The notes under the pieces are model-generated. The model was not told the origin of the DNA, did no database searches, and was given only the letters and a program-made list of their open reading frames with translations. The translations under genes were made by a program, and so were the position numbers. Shown here piece after piece: positions 43,405 to 54,160 of a stretch of 64,000 nucleotides of DNA; position 1 is the first letter of the stretch, and each line of letters starts with the position of its first letter. The stretch comes from Alphaproteobacteria bacterium (GTDB taxonomy: Bacteria > Pseudomonadota > Alphaproteobacteria > UBA6615). The stretch is from positions 3,571 to 67,570 of the forward strand of contig JAKUPN010000010.1 of NCBI GenBank assembly GCA_022449545.1, read 5' to 3'.

Positions 43405-44025
43405 CTAATTTGAAATTAATAGTATACGTAATTTTGTTACTAGGTATTTATTATATTCTGCTAGCAGAAGGCGTATGGTTCCTGGCCATCTCCACCATTC
43501 GTTTAAGTGAACTTTTTCTGGATGAACAACATGGGAGAATAGTTTCATATTTGGTAAGACTCTATCAAATTCTAATAAGCTTCTCGGTAAATGATAATTG
43601 GCAGTAACTATATGAATAGAGCTAAAGCCCTCTGATGCCATCCATCTTGCTGTCTCCATTGCGTTGCCAAATGTATTATTAGCCTTATGACCTAAGATCA
43701 CACAGCAATCAATTTTTAAGATGTCAATTTGTTGTTTTTTAAGCAACTTCCTTTTATCAATATCTATATCAACACCAGAGATTAAGAGTTTTTTTGCTTT
43801 ACCACTTATCAAAAGTGAGAGACCTAATTCAAGCCTACCAGCACCTCCTGTCAGGACTACTATTCCGTCCGCTTTTTTTACTAGGTTCATATCAAACTCA
43901 GACCGGGGAATTTCGTTTACAAATAAATAAAAACCAAAACCCCAAATTGAAAAAAAGCTAACAATAATCAGTAAAAAAAACTTTGTGAAAACGTTTAAAG
44001 AGTGTTTTTTTTGGCGACGTCTCAT
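43405..44025 (-). CDS. YdcF/ElyC-family (DUF218) protein
   Basis: N-terminal TM helix, 'GIVVLTGGAGR' and 'IVTANYHLPRS' DUF218 motifs. Confidence 0.75.
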   Translation of the reverse strand: MRRRQKKHSLNVFTKFFLLIIVSFFSIWGFGFYLFVNEIPRSEFDMNLVKKADGIVVLTGGAGRLELGLSLLISGKAKKLLISGVDIDIDKRKLLKKQQIDILKIDCCVILGHKANNTFGNAMETARWMASEGFSSIHIVTANYHLPRSLLEFDRVLPNMKLFSHVVHPEKVHLNEWWRWPGTIRLLLAEYNKYLVTKLRILLISN

Positions 44026-44035
44026 CTTTTTGGTT

Positions 44036-44908
44036 TCATGGTATTCTGGCTAATGTTCTTAAAACTACTCTACGAGTAGTTACAACAGAAATAATGATTG
44101 CTGTTAAAGGGACTGTGATTAGTACCAGCCAATTATTAAGAGGTACGATTGATTCGGAATATATAGAAAGCTCAATATCTTGAGCAATTGTTTTAAATAT
44201 ATATAGAACTATAATTGCTGCAACACTGCCTAAAAAGCTACCAATAATCGCTAAGTATAAAACCCTTAATTGAAATTGGTTTACTATATAAGAATCTTTA
44301 GCTCCCATTAAATGCAGCAAATTTATTATTGGAGTATGAACTGCTAATCCAGTTTTTGTTGCAAACATGACTGAGGTAACGGATATAACGCCGATTATTA
44401 GTAATATTGCTATAGATATAATTTTAATCTTGTCTGAGGTTGAAATTAACCTCATGAGCCATTCTCGATGATCGTCTATTGTTATTTCAGGGATAACTTC
44501 TCTAAGCTTAATTTTAAGAACACTAATATTATCAAACTTATTTCTTTCGGTTTCTACCTCAATTACTTCGGGTAATAGTACGCTTAAATTTTCAGTCTTT
44601 TTACCCAACCAAGGTTCTATTAAAGTTAATTTAGTAGAATTATCTAGTAATTGAACTTTTTCTATACCTTTTGTGGATTTTAAAATTCTAATTACTTTTT
44701 GCAAATCATCCGATGAAGCTTTGTCTGAAGGAACTTGGATGGTTATATGGCTGCTCATATTTTTGTTCCAGCCATTTATGGTTTCGCTAATAGATAATGT
44801 GATGGCTAAAGCTAGCAATCCTAAAAATACCATAAAAGAAATTATCCATGGTAAAAAACGGCCTATTTGGTCAGCCTCAAAAGGTAGATCTCTTCGAAAT
44901 CGTTTCAC
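44036..44908 (-). CDS. ftsX: cell division permease-like protein FtsX
   Basis: Four-TM FtsX topology, directly downstream of ftsE. Confidence 0.85.
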   Translation of the reverse strand: MKRFRRDLPFEADQIGRFLPWIISFMVFLGLLALAITLSISETINGWNKNMSSHITIQVPSDKASSDDLQKVIRILKSTKGIEKVQLLDNSTKLTLIEPWLGKKTENLSVLLPEVIEVETERNKFDNISVLKIKLREVIPEITIDDHREWLMRLISTSDKIKIISIAILLIIGVISVTSVMFATKTGLAVHTPIINLLHLMGAKDSYIVNQFQLRVLYLAIIGSFLGSVAAIIVLYIFKTIAQDIELSIYSESIVPLNNWLVLITVPLTAIIISVVTTRRVVLRTLARIP

Positions 44909-44919
44909 AAAAAAATACC

Positions 44920-45624
44920 CTATGATCTATTCAAGTTATTATTAAGTATTTTCAGTTCTCCGTCAGTTAATTCCATAACTGGGTGATCTAACTTCTCTAT
45001 AAGTTTTTGGTTATGAGTAGCAATAATTACTGTGGTTCCAGTTTTATTAAGCTCTTCAAAAAGGTGCATTAACCTTAAGGCAATATTATCATCTACATTT
45101 CCTGTAGGTTCGTCAGCTAATAGTAGTCGTGGCTTAGTAATTATAGCTCTTGCAATAGCCACCCTCTGTTGTTGTCCGCCCGAAAGGATAGAAGGTTTAG
45201 CTAGTATTTGATTGCCTAGGCCTACCCAGACTAAAAGTTCTTTTACGTGTTTTTCAATAATGTCTTCACTTTCTTCAGAAATTCGTAATGGTAAGGCAAC
45301 GTTATCGAATGCACTTAAGTGAGGAATTAAACGAAATTCTTGGAAAACTACACCAATTTGGCGGCGAATCATCGGTAGCTCGGAGCGAGGAGTTAGTGCA
45401 ATATCGTGTCCTAATAGGTGTACAAGGCCTCTGGTTGGCTTTAATGCTAAGTACATAAGCTTAAGAAGTGTTGTTTTACCTGCTCCGCTTGGGCCAGTGA
45501 GAAAATTAAATGAGCCTTCCCCAAGCGAAAAATTCAAGTCTCGAAGAATTTCTGGTCCAATACCATAGCGCATTCCAACATTTTCAAAATGCAACACGAG
45601 TAAAAGTATCCTTATTATCTGCAA
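44920..45624 (-). CDS. ftsE: cell division ATP-binding protein FtsE
   Basis: Walker A 'GPSGAGKTT', ABC signature 'LSGGQQQRVAIARA', Walker B 'LLLADEPTGN'. The true start is probably GTG 45597 or TTG 45594 ('(V)LHFENVGMRYG'), not the ATG at 45624. Confidence 0.9.
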   Translation of the reverse strand: MQIIRILLLVLHFENVGMRYGIGPEILRDLNFSLGEGSFNFLTGPSGAGKTTLLKLMYLALKPTRGLVHLLGHDIALTPRSELPMIRRQIGVVFQEFRLIPHLSAFDNVALPLRISEESEDIIEKHVKELLVWVGLGNQILAKPSILSGGQQQRVAIARAIITKPRLLLADEPTGNVDDNIALRLMHLFEELNKTGTTVIIATHNQKLIEKLDHPVMELTDGELKILNNNLNRS

Positions 45625-45856
45625 TGTAATAATTTTAATTAAGTCAAAACTTTATCTAGTAAAATACCACATTTTTTTAAATTGCCACCTTGTTTATAGA
45701 ACATAAAGATTTACTAAATTTTCACTACAAGTTGTCTTTTTCTGTTATCTAAGATTAATTAAATTTTGCCTAAAAACTAAATTATACTTGCATCAAATTT
45801 ATAGTAAGGCATTTGAGTGTTTTGTTAAATAAACAACAAATTCTGGATTTTGTTTT

Positions 45857-46228
45857 ATGATTTTAAAATGCTTACAATGTTTTTCTCATTTTTTGATAGA
45901 CTCTAATGATTTATCGCCTGAAGGTCGACGAGTTAAGTGTGGAAAATGCGGGCATGTTTGGTTCGTAGAACCAAAACCACTGATCTCTTCAAAGAAAGAA
46001 GAAATTACATCATTGCACCCAGAAAATACTCCAATCGTATCTGGCTCAAATCTCCCAGTCCTTGTGAGTGCATCAGATGTGAATAAGGCTAATTCTTTAT
46101 GGTTGCTGGTCGTCTTATTAACTATTTTGATTGGTTTTCTTTTATGGATTGGTAAAGAATCAATCATAAGGATTTGGCCATTTTCGAATTATTTTTACTC
46201 AATATTGTATTCAATATTGGGCTATTAG
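45857..46228 (+). CDS. MJ0042-type zinc-ribbon protein with C-terminal TM helix
   Basis: 'CLQCFSHF...VKCGKCGHVW' two CxxC pairs, then a hydrophobic helix 'LWLLVVLLTILIGFLLWI'. Confidence 0.7.
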   Translation: MILKCLQCFSHFLIDSNDLSPEGRRVKCGKCGHVWFVEPKPLISSKKEEITSLHPENTPIVSGSNLPVLVSASDVNKANSLWLLVVLLTILIGFLLWIGKESIIRIWPFSNYFYSILYSILGY

Positions 46229-46234
46229 ATTTCT

Positions 46235-47494
46235 TTATTGCCAGGGCGCTAATCGGTCTCGTTTCAATTGTTCTTTCAAAGTTTCGCGAGGTCTAATTAA
46301 GGCATAATCTTCATGATTCACCAGCACCTCAGGCACAAGTGGTCGACTATTATATGTAGAAGACATAACGGCGCCATAGGCTCCTGTATCGCGAATAGCT
46401 AATAATTCGTCTGACTTTAAATTACTAAACGGTTGATCCGTCAAGAAGGTATCACCTGTTTCACACACAGGGCCAACAATATCGTAATTTTTTAGTTCCG
46501 AGGATTCTTCAGGTTCTGTCACTTGTTGTATGGTATGAGGGGCATTATATAATGCCGGGCGCAATAAATCATTCATAGCTGCATCAATAATTACAAAACG
46601 TTTAAGACCATTATCCTTAATATATATAATGCGTGTTAATAATATGCCGGCCTTTGCCGTTAAGTACCGTCCAGGCTCGAATATTAGCTCGCAGCTAAGA
46701 TCGCCTAGTGTTGAATTCACCACAGAAGCGTAATCTATTGGGGTAGGTGTTTTTTCGCCAACATACGAAACACCCAATCCTCCACCCAAATCTAGGCGGC
46801 TGATAGGTATTCCTTCAGAGCGTAATTTCCTAGTAAGGTTTGCGACATGGGTAAAGGCATCATTAAATGGGGCTACATCAGTTAATTGACTTCCTATATG
46901 AACAGCTATGGAAATAGGATTGATCCCTGGTAAAGAGGATGCCATGGCGAAAGCTTCGGAGGCTTGATCAATGTTAATGCCAAATTTATCCTGTTTTCTA
47001 CCAGTTGATATTTTTTGGTGCGTTTCAGCATCAACATCGGGATTGATACGAATTCCAACTTCAGCATTCACATTTCTGCTCACCGCTATGTCAGATAAAG
47101 CCCTTAACTCGACTAGTGATTCTACATTAAATTGGTATATCCCTGCCTTTAGCCCAGCATTTATTTCTTTATTAGTTTTCCCCACCCCAGAATAAACAAT
47201 GTTTTTAGCAGAAATCCCAGCTGTAAGTGCACGCTCAAGCTCGCCCGCTGAAACGACATCTGCCCCAGCTCCTAGTTTTGAAAAAGTATTAATAACTGCG
47301 AGATTAGAGTTAGATTTAACTGCAAAGCATATTTTAGCATTATGTTCATTAAAAGCTTCGCTAAAGCTCTTGTATGCATTCACCATTTCTCTGGTTGAGT
47401 AAATATACACAGGAGATCCAATATCCTTTACTATGGAAGATAAAGGAACGTTTTCAACGTGCATTTCTCCATTCTTATATGCAAATTCGTCCAT
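46235..47494 (-). CDS. lysA: diaminopimelate decarboxylase
   Basis: PLP lysine 'FAVKSNSN', 'GGGLGV', 'EPGRYL', 'CETGD'. Confidence 0.95.
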   Translation of the reverse strand: MDEFAYKNGEMHVENVPLSSIVKDIGSPVYIYSTREMVNAYKSFSEAFNEHNAKICFAVKSNSNLAVINTFSKLGAGADVVSAGELERALTAGISAKNIVYSGVGKTNKEINAGLKAGIYQFNVESLVELRALSDIAVSRNVNAEVGIRINPDVDAETHQKISTGRKQDKFGINIDQASEAFAMASSLPGINPISIAVHIGSQLTDVAPFNDAFTHVANLTRKLRSEGIPISRLDLGGGLGVSYVGEKTPTPIDYASVVNSTLGDLSCELIFEPGRYLTAKAGILLTRIIYIKDNGLKRFVIIDAAMNDLLRPALYNAPHTIQQVTEPEESSELKNYDIVGPVCETGDTFLTDQPFSNLKSDELLAIRDTGAYGAVMSSTYNSRPLVPEVLVNHEDYALIRPRETLKEQLKRDRLAPWQ

Positions 47495-47506
47495 AACGCG
47501 GGTGGC

Positions 47507-47641
47507 TTAATGTGAAGGATAAGTTTTAGGGTAAATAACCTTTTTACCCTCTGGTGGCTCTGGTGGTCCTTTTTTTCCGCAAGCTGACATGGTAATTAAT
47601 ATTATCATTGCAATGTGAATAAGAATAGAACGAATATACAA
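47507..47641 (-). CDS. small lipoprotein (about 44 aa precursor) between argH and lysA
   Basis: Lipobox 'ITMSAC' followed by 'GKKGPPEPPEG'. The 69-aa track ORF overlaps argH. The TTG at 47641 gives n-region, h-region and lipobox and abuts the argH stop. The ATG at 47608 is the alternative start. Confidence 0.5.
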   Translation of the reverse strand: MYIRSILIHIAMIILITMSACGKKGPPEPPEGKKVIYPKTYPSH

Positions 47642-47642
47642 C

Positions 47643-49052
47643 TCACTTCTCCAGGAATCTTTTGCGAGCGGATAGTACTGCTTCCTTGACTTTAATGGGG
47701 GCCGTACCTCCCTCACTAGCTCGGCTAGTCACTGCATTTTCTATAGAGAGCACTGAAAGCGCATCATGGGTTATACTAGAGTCAATTTTTTGCATGTCTT
47801 CGATTGGAAGTTCTTCAAGAGAAATATTTCTTTTTTCCGCTTCCTTAACTATTTCCCCTGTGATCCTATGTGCTTCCCGAAACGGTAGGCCTGCGACTGA
47901 GACAAGCCAATCAGCAAGGTCTGTGGCAGTTGGATATCCTTTTTTAGCAGCGATGAGCATTGATTCAGAATTTGGAACAAAGTCTTCTACGAGCCCCTTC
48001 ATTGCGCCCAAAGCAAGAAATAAAGAGTCAGCTGTATCGAAAACCGGCTCTTTGTCTTCTTGCATATCTTTACTATAAGCCAGCGGTAGCCCTTTCATGA
48101 CTGTAAGAAGGGACAATAAGTTTCCAAAAACCCGTCCGGCTTTGGCTCTTGAAAGTTCTGCCGCATCCGGATTTCTTTTTTGAGGCATCATTGAACTGCC
48201 TGTTGTGAAAGCATCAGATAAAGTTATGAAACAAAATCCATCTGAGCACCATAAAACGATCTCTTCGGACAGTCTGGATAAATGAACCATTGTAATAGCC
48301 GCAACGGATAAGAATTCGATAGCGAAGTCTCTATCAGAGACCGCGTCTAAAGAGTTCGCCATTGGCCTGTCAAATCCTAAATTTCTTGCTGTGTGTTTTC
48401 TGTCTATAGGGTAGGAGGTTCCAGCCAGAGCCCCTGAGCCCAAAGGAGATTCGTTTAACCGTTTTCTGCAGTCTGCAAAACGTCCTCGATCACGACCAAA
48501 CATTTCCACATACGCTAATAAGTGATGCCCCATCGTTATCGGCTGAGCTGTTTGAAGATGAGTAAACCCAGGCATTAACAAATCATAAAATGTATCAGCT
48601 CGATCGATTAGTGACTCTTGCAGATTTCGCAATTCAGAATCAAGTTGATCAATTGAATCCCTAACCCATAAACGTAAATCTGTTGCCACTTGATCATTTC
48701 GTGAGCGTGCTGTGTGTAAACGCCCTGCTGGTTCTCCTATTATCTCTTCTAGTCGGGCTTCGATATTCATATGTATGTCTTCGAGAGTTTCAGAAAATTG
48801 AAAGCTTTCATTCTCTATTTCACTTTTAATTGTTTTGAGCCCCTTTATAATTGCATTTCCGTCTGTTGAGGCTAAAATTTTCTGTTCTACTAACATTTCA
48901 CAGTGTGCTATAGAACCCTCAATATCTTGCTCAAATAGTCTTTTGTCGAAGTTAATTGATGCATTAATTTCTTGCATTATTTCTGCGGGACCGCTGGTAT
49001 AGCGTCCACCCCACCTTGAATTAGTAGATTTATTTTTGTTTTTTGGTTTCAT
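47643..49052 (-). CDS. argH: argininosuccinate lyase
   Basis: '[12 protein letters not shown]' fumarate-lyase signature and '[16 protein letters not shown]'. Confidence 0.97.
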   Translation of the reverse strand: MKPKNKNKSTNSRWGGRYTSGPAEIMQEINASINFDKRLFEQDIEGSIAHCEMLVEQKILASTDGNAIIKGLKTIKSEIENESFQFSETLEDIHMNIEARLEEIIGEPAGRLHTARSRNDQVATDLRLWVRDSIDQLDSELRNLQESLIDRADTFYDLLMPGFTHLQTAQPITMGHHLLAYVEMFGRDRGRFADCRKRLNESPLGSGALAGTSYPIDRKHTARNLGFDRPMANSLDAVSDRDFAIEFLSVAAITMVHLSRLSEEIVLWCSDGFCFITLSDAFTTGSSMMPQKRNPDAAELSRAKAGRVFGNLLSLLTVMKGLPLAYSKDMQEDKEPVFDTADSLFLALGAMKGLVEDFVPNSESMLIAAKKGYPTATDLADWLVSVAGLPFREAHRITGEIVKEAEKRNISLEELPIEDMQKIDSSITHDALSVLSIENAVTSRASEGGTAPIKVKEAVLSARKRFLEK

Positions 49053-49091
49053 TTTTTCAGTATAATAATCTGTGTATATAGGAATATCAGT

Positions 49092-49652
49092 TTGCGAATA
49101 TTAACACTTATTTTGTTATTAGCGCCCTCTATCTTTGCAGCGTTCTATATTCATATAGGTCACAGTGACCAGCTAGTTAAAAAAAACTTACAAAACTTTA
49201 TCGAATTAGAGACAAAGGCGCCAGTGCCCAGCCTACCTCTATTATCAAAGGATAACCGCTCAGTAACCCTTGAAAACCTTCGTGGCAAGTTTCTTCTTGT
49301 TAATTTCTGGGCGACATGGTGTGCTCCTTGCGTGAAAGAATTGCCTTCTTTAGATAGGCTCAATGAAAAATTGACTAACAAGGGCTTCGATGTTGTTTTA
49401 ATTAGTCAGGATTTGGGAGGCTTTAGTCAGACAGAAAAATATCTTAAAAAACTTAATATTAAAATAAAGTACACATTTATTGATGAGAAGCTAAATTTTT
49501 CTCGTGCTGCTAAAGTAACCGCTATTCCCACAACTATTTTTATTTCTCCCGAAGGAGAAGAAATCGGCCGTCTAATAGGCGCTATAGAGTGGGATAACAT
49601 CGATACCATTAAAAAGTTGGAGAGATATAAGCAAAAAATATTAGCGAAATGA
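49092..49652 (+). CDS. TlpA-like periplasmic thiol:disulfide oxidoreductase
   Basis: Signal/TM N-terminus and thioredoxin motif 'FWATWCAPC'. TTG start. Confidence 0.8.
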   Translation: MRILTLILLLAPSIFAAFYIHIGHSDQLVKKNLQNFIELETKAPVPSLPLLSKDNRSVTLENLRGKFLLVNFWATWCAPCVKELPSLDRLNEKLTNKGFDVVLISQDLGGFSQTEKYLKKLNIKIKYTFIDEKLNFSRAAKVTAIPTTIFISPEGEEIGRLIGAIEWDNIDTIKKLERYKQKILAK

Positions 49653-49729
49653 TAGCCCCCGAATTCTGGGAGCTGGCAAAAATTATACATAAAAAAGATT
49701 CTACGGTAGATGATGCAGTTTCAGTTTAC

Positions 49730-50602
49730 CTATCGTGTTGCTACTGGTTTATCACCTGAGTAATCGTAAAATCCTTTGCCGGTTTTGCGTCCTAACCAAC
49801 CGGCTTCGACATATTTTACTAGAAGAGGGCAGGGACGATACTTAGAGTCTGCCAAGCCTTCGTAAAGGACTTGCATTACAGATAAACACGTATCTAGGCC
49901 AATAAAATCTGCGAGTTCTAGGGGCCCCATCGGATGGTTTGCACCAAGTTTCATTGAGATGTCAATACTTTCTATATTACCTACGCCTTCATAAAGAGAG
50001 TAGATTGCTTCATTAATCATTGGAAGTAATATGCGGTTAACTATAAATGCAGGATAATCTTCTGAAACAGTTCCAATCTTGCCAAGCTTCTTTGTCAAAT
50101 CTTCAATAAGGTTGAAAGTTTCTTCGCTGGTGGCAAGCCCTCGAATAAGCTCAACAAGCTTCATTAAAGGAACGGGATTCATAAAATGCATTCCCATAAA
50201 CTTATCAGGGCGGTCAGTTCTAGACGCTAATCTCGTAATGGAGATAGAGGATGTGTTTGAGGCTATAATAGTCTTATCAGATAAGTGAGGACAGAGTTCA
50301 TTAAAAATATGTATTTTAATTTTTTCTGTTTCTGTCGCAGCTTCAATGATTAAATCACAGTCGGAAAGGAATTCAAGATTGGTTCCAGTATCGATCCTAT
50401 TGATAGCCTCTTTTTTGTCTAGTTCCTGGATCAAACTTCTTTTCACCTGACGATCAAGGTTGTCATTTATTTTCGATAAAGACTTTTCAAGCTGTTCTGA
50501 GGAAATATCCATTAGGGTTACTTGAAATTCTGACAAAGCACAAACGTGTGCTATTCCGGCGCCCATCTGGCCTGCTCCAATGATTCCGATTTTGTCTAAC
50601 AT
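49730..50602 (-). CDS. hbd: 3-hydroxybutyryl-CoA / 3-hydroxyacyl-CoA dehydrogenase
   Basis: '[14 protein letters not shown]' Rossmann motif and 'NTSSISIT', '[13 protein letters not shown]', 'GKGFYDY'. Confidence 0.9.
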   Translation of the reverse strand: MLDKIGIIGAGQMGAGIAHVCALSEFQVTLMDISSEQLEKSLSKINDNLDRQVKRSLIQELDKKEAINRIDTGTNLEFLSDCDLIIEAATETEKIKIHIFNELCPHLSDKTIIASNTSSISITRLASRTDRPDKFMGMHFMNPVPLMKLVELIRGLATSEETFNLIEDLTKKLGKIGTVSEDYPAFIVNRILLPMINEAIYSLYEGVGNIESIDISMKLGANHPMGPLELADFIGLDTCLSVMQVLYEGLADSKYRPCPLLVKYVEAGWLGRKTGKGFYDYSGDKPVATR

Positions 50603-50638
50603 TCAACCAGAGTTCTATTAATCATGTTTTATATAAGC

Positions 50639-51595
50639 TTAATCGAGAATTTTTTGTAATTCAGCATTTAATTCAGGTAAAGCCTGAAACAGATCTGCAA
50701 CTAAACCATAGTCAGCCACCTGAAAAATTGGTGCCTCTTCATCTTTATTAATAGCTACAATTATTTTTGAATCTTTCATGCCTGCTAGGTGCTGTATGGC
50801 ACCGGATATTCCCACGGCAATATAAAGTTCTGGAGCAACAACTTTACCAGTTTGCCCTACTTGCCAGTCATTAGGGACGAAGCCAGCGTCGACGGCTGCT
50901 CTTGATGCTCCCATAGCTGCCCCTAGTTTCTCGGCGATAGGTTCAATGAGATCAAAGTTTTCTCCTGAACCCATTCCTCTTCCTCCAGAGATAATTACTT
51001 GAGCTGTTGTTAGCTCAGGTCGATCTCCAGTGGATTCAGAAGTATTAATAAATCGAGACAGCTCAGATTCATCACTGCTATCTATAGTTATAATCTCAGC
51101 GTTTCCTCCCTCTTTAGAGGCTTGTTCAAAGGCCGTTGATCTAACAGATATAACTTTAATTGTGTCCCTTGACTTAACTGTTGCCATTGCATTACCAGCA
51201 TAAATTGGCCTTACAAAGGTTTCTTCATTTATTACTTCTGAAATTTCTGATATTTGCTGAGTATCTAATAATGCAGCAACCCTTGGTAAAAAGTTTTTAC
51301 CAAATGTTGTAGCTGGGGCTAAGATATGACCATAATCTTTGGCTAGGCCAACTACTAAGTTGGCAAGATTTTCTGCTAAGGCGTGCTCATGAGAAGGGCT
51401 ATCTGCTTGAATTATTGAGACTATTTTCTCCATGTTAGCTGCTTCTTCTGAAACCCCTGAACAACTTTTTCCTGCAACTAGAACACTAATTTCTCCTGCA
51501 CCATGCTCAGAAAGTTCTATAGCTGCGGTTATAGTATTCAGAGTTGATGGTTGTAGAGTTTTATTGTCGTGTTCTGCAATTACAAGTATAGCCAT
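50639..51595 (-). CDS. etfA: electron transfer flavoprotein subunit alpha
   Basis: '[23 protein letters not shown]' FAD-binding signature. Confidence 0.95.
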   Translation of the reverse strand: MAILVIAEHDNKTLQPSTLNTITAAIELSEHGAGEISVLVAGKSCSGVSEEAANMEKIVSIIQADSPSHEHALAENLANLVVGLAKDYGHILAPATTFGKNFLPRVAALLDTQQISEISEVINEETFVRPIYAGNAMATVKSRDTIKVISVRSTAFEQASKEGGNAEIITIDSSDESELSRFINTSESTGDRPELTTAQVIISGGRGMGSGENFDLIEPIAEKLGAAMGASRAAVDAGFVPNDWQVGQTGKVVAPELYIAVGISGAIQHLAGMKDSKIIVAINKDEEAPIFQVADYGLVADLFQALPELNAELQKILD

Positions 51596-52344
51596 TATAT
51601 TACCCTCGCTTCATTTTTTAGTTTATCGACCAGTGAAGCAACGGAATCAACCATAACGCCGGCCTCTCTTTGTTTTGGTGCTTCAACGGATAATATTTCT
51701 AATCGTGAGGTTGCATCTATTCCAAGTTCTGCTATTGAAAATTCATCAATAGGTTTTTTCTTAGCTTTCATTATATTTGGTAATGATGCATAGCGAGGTT
51801 CATTGAGACGCAGATCAACTGTGACTATTGCAGGCAGGTTGACCTCCATGATTTCTAAACCGCTGTCCACTTCTCTTGTAATTTCAGCTTTTCCATTTTG
51901 TAGATCAATTTTCGATGCAAAGGTGCCCTGTGCCCACCCCAAAAGAGCGGCCAACTTTTGTCCAGTTTGATTTGAATCATCGTCAATTGCTTGTTTGCCC
52001 AGTATCACCAATTCTGGCGATTCTTTTTCTACTAGGGCTTTAAGTAATTTTGCCACTGCTAGGGGCTCAATATCTTCGTCAGTTTTAATGTGTATGCCTC
52101 TGTCAGCTCCCATAGCCAGTGCAGTCCGTATAGTTTCTTGACATTGCTGAACACCTATAGAAACAGCAATAATTTCGTCAGCCTTACCTGCTTCTTTCAT
52201 GCGTACTGCTTCTTCTACGGATATTTCATCAAAAGGATTCATTGACATTTTGACATTAGCTATTTCAACGCCTGTCTTATCTGCTTTGACACGTACTTTG
52301 ACGTTGTAGTCAATAACTCGTTTAATTGGTACCAGAACCTTCAT
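51595..52344 (-). CDS. etfB: electron transfer flavoprotein subunit beta
   Basis: '[19 protein letters not shown]' N-terminus. The track ORF begins 4 codons earlier, at 52356. Confidence 0.95.
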   Translation of the reverse strand: MKVLVPIKRVIDYNVKVRVKADKTGVEIANVKMSMNPFDEISVEEAVRMKEAGKADEIIAVSIGVQQCQETIRTALAMGADRGIHIKTDEDIEPLAVAKLLKALVEKESPELVILGKQAIDDDSNQTGQKLAALLGWAQGTFASKIDLQNGKAEITREVDSGLEIMEVNLPAIVTVDLRLNEPRYASLPNIMKAKKKPIDEFSIAELGIDATSRLEILSVEAPKQREAGVMVDSVASLVDKLKNEARVI

Positions 52345-52492
52345 GATTTGTTTCACCTGTTTTTGTTTTAAACATATTTGGTTTTAGTGAAATTAAAAGC
52401 AATTACTTTAAAAAATTTTGTCTGAATAGAACATTATAAACGACATAGAAAATGCCCAACCAATCTTGGTTAGTCAATGATACAGAAGGTTG

Positions 52493-53065
52493 TTATCGAT
52501 TGTCACCTGGCACCCAGAGAATTTCTTTTTTATCTTCATTATTCACATGTCTAGCTAGTACAAAAAAATGATCGGAGAGTCTGTTTATATATTTTAAGGA
52601 ATTGGAATTGATTGATTCCGTATTAGACAGATCAACCATAACCCTTTCTGCTCTTCTAGTTATAGTTCTTGCAAGGTGCAGGTATGACGCGGCTTCAGAT
52701 CCTCCTGGAAGAATAAATGAGCTTAAGCTCGGTAAGCCAGAGTTAAGTTCATCAATTTCTTGTTCTAGACGTTCAACTTGTTTTGCTAATATTCTAAGAG
52801 CTGGCTTTTCGTGTTCCTGACTTTCTTTGGGCATACAAAGATCAGCCCCCAAATCAAACAAGTCATTTTGAATGCGAAAAAGCATATTGTCTATGTGAGA
52901 GTTATTTCCTGTGTGAAGGCGAACAATTCCTATTATTGAATTCACTTCATCAACGGTACCAAAAGCTTCAACCCTCTTGATGGATTTTGAAACTCTTTCT
53001 CCTGACCCGAGAGAAGTTTTTCCTGTGTCTCCACCTCGAGTATAAATACGTGTTAGTTTTACCAT
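52493..53065 (-). CDS. ATP:cob(I)alamin adenosyltransferase, PduO type
   Basis: 'IYTRGGDTGKTSL' N-terminal motif, about 190 aa helical bundle. Confidence 0.9.
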   Translation of the reverse strand: MVKLTRIYTRGGDTGKTSLGSGERVSKSIKRVEAFGTVDEVNSIIGIVRLHTGNNSHIDNMLFRIQNDLFDLGADLCMPKESQEHEKPALRILAKQVERLEQEIDELNSGLPSLSSFILPGGSEAASYLHLARTITRRAERVMVDLSNTESINSNSLKYINRLSDHFFVLARHVNNEDKKEILWVPGDNR

Positions 53066-53211
53066 AATTTTTTCCGTTCTTAGATAAAATAAATAATAGA
53101 ACTAACTAGGCTTTGGCAAGAAATGATATTCTCGCATTCAATAAGATGTGAATATATCAAAATATAACTAAAATGTATTTTAATTTAATAATTTACCAGG
53201 AGAGTCAATAA

Positions 53212-54093
53212 GTGTCTTTATACCGACATGTTCTTAGATGCAATGCTCACAATTTAGATTTATTCATTCCTTTTATAATCTCTGGAAAACATTTGGGCTG
53301 GATCAGAAATACCTTTGCAGATCATTTACATAGGTGGCCTAAGATTTTCGATTTATCAGAGGGAAAATTATTAATGAATGATAATTATTCTAGTTGTGAA
53401 ACAAGAACAAAAGCTGTGAAAGAAGTTTGTGAAATGCTGGCTGATGAAAATGCCGTTCCTCCCAGCAGGGGTGAACTATTTTCTGTTGCTCCCTCACTAG
53501 GGGATGCTCCTTTATTAAATATTGATCGCGCATGGATTTCAGTTTTTGGATTTGAGTCCTATGGCGTCCATGTAAATGGTTATGTGACAACTCCTGCAGG
53601 ACCAGAGCTCTGGTTAGGAATTAGAAGTCCAGATTGTCTTATAGACCCAGAAAAACTTGATAATATGGTAGCTGGGGGATTACCTGCTGGACATACTCTA
53701 GAAGAAAATTTACTCAAAGAGGCCTCAGAAGAAGCCTCGATTGATAAGGACTTGGCGTTAAAAGCTCATTCCGCTGGTTACATCGGTTATATAATGGAAG
53801 TAAAGGAAGGTTTACGACGTGACACACTATTTGTTTATGACTTAGCTGTTCCGGAGGATTTTGAACCAGTTGATCGGGATGGAGAGCATATCAATTTTAT
53901 CAAAGTTCCTGCCAGTAAGGCCTTATCTTTAGTACAAGATGGCGACGAATTTAAATTTAATGTTAACTTGGTAATCATAGATTTTTCTATTAGGCACGGA
54001 ATTCTGAAACCGGATCATCACGAATATAAATTGCTTAATAGAGGTTTAAGGCCGTTTACCAAGGTAGAGGATTTCTTAATACAAAAAAGCTAA
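53212..54093 (+). CDS. Nudix hydrolase family protein with N-terminal extension
   Basis: Nudix box 'AGGLPAGHTLEENLLKEASEEASI'. GTG start. Confidence 0.7.
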   Translation: MSLYRHVLRCNAHNLDLFIPFIISGKHLGWIRNTFADHLHRWPKIFDLSEGKLLMNDNYSSCETRTKAVKEVCEMLADENAVPPSRGELFSVAPSLGDAPLLNIDRAWISVFGFESYGVHVNGYVTTPAGPELWLGIRSPDCLIDPEKLDNMVAGGLPAGHTLEENLLKEASEEASIDKDLALKAHSAGYIGYIMEVKEGLRRDTLFVYDLAVPEDFEPVDRDGEHINFIKVPASKALSLVQDGDEFKFNVNLVIIDFSIRHGILKPDHHEYKLLNRGLRPFTKVEDFLIQKS

Positions 54094-54160
54094 GGAAATA
54101 GCACATGGTGATACTCATTCTTATTAACTTATTAAACTATTAATAGAACTAGGAAGAAAA

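Noticed and set aside
47507-47716. 69-aa version of the small ORF overlapping the argH 3' end
   Set aside because: The N-terminal 25-36 residues overlap argH coding sequence and add nothing lipoprotein-like. An internal TTG or ATG start gives a canonical signal peptide, so the shorter gene was reported instead.
49655-49675. Imperfect palindrome 'agcccccgaattctgggagct' between convergent tlpA-like and hbd genes as a bidirectional terminator
   Set aside because: The stem has an internal mismatch and there is no U-tract on either strand, so it is too weak to report as a feature.
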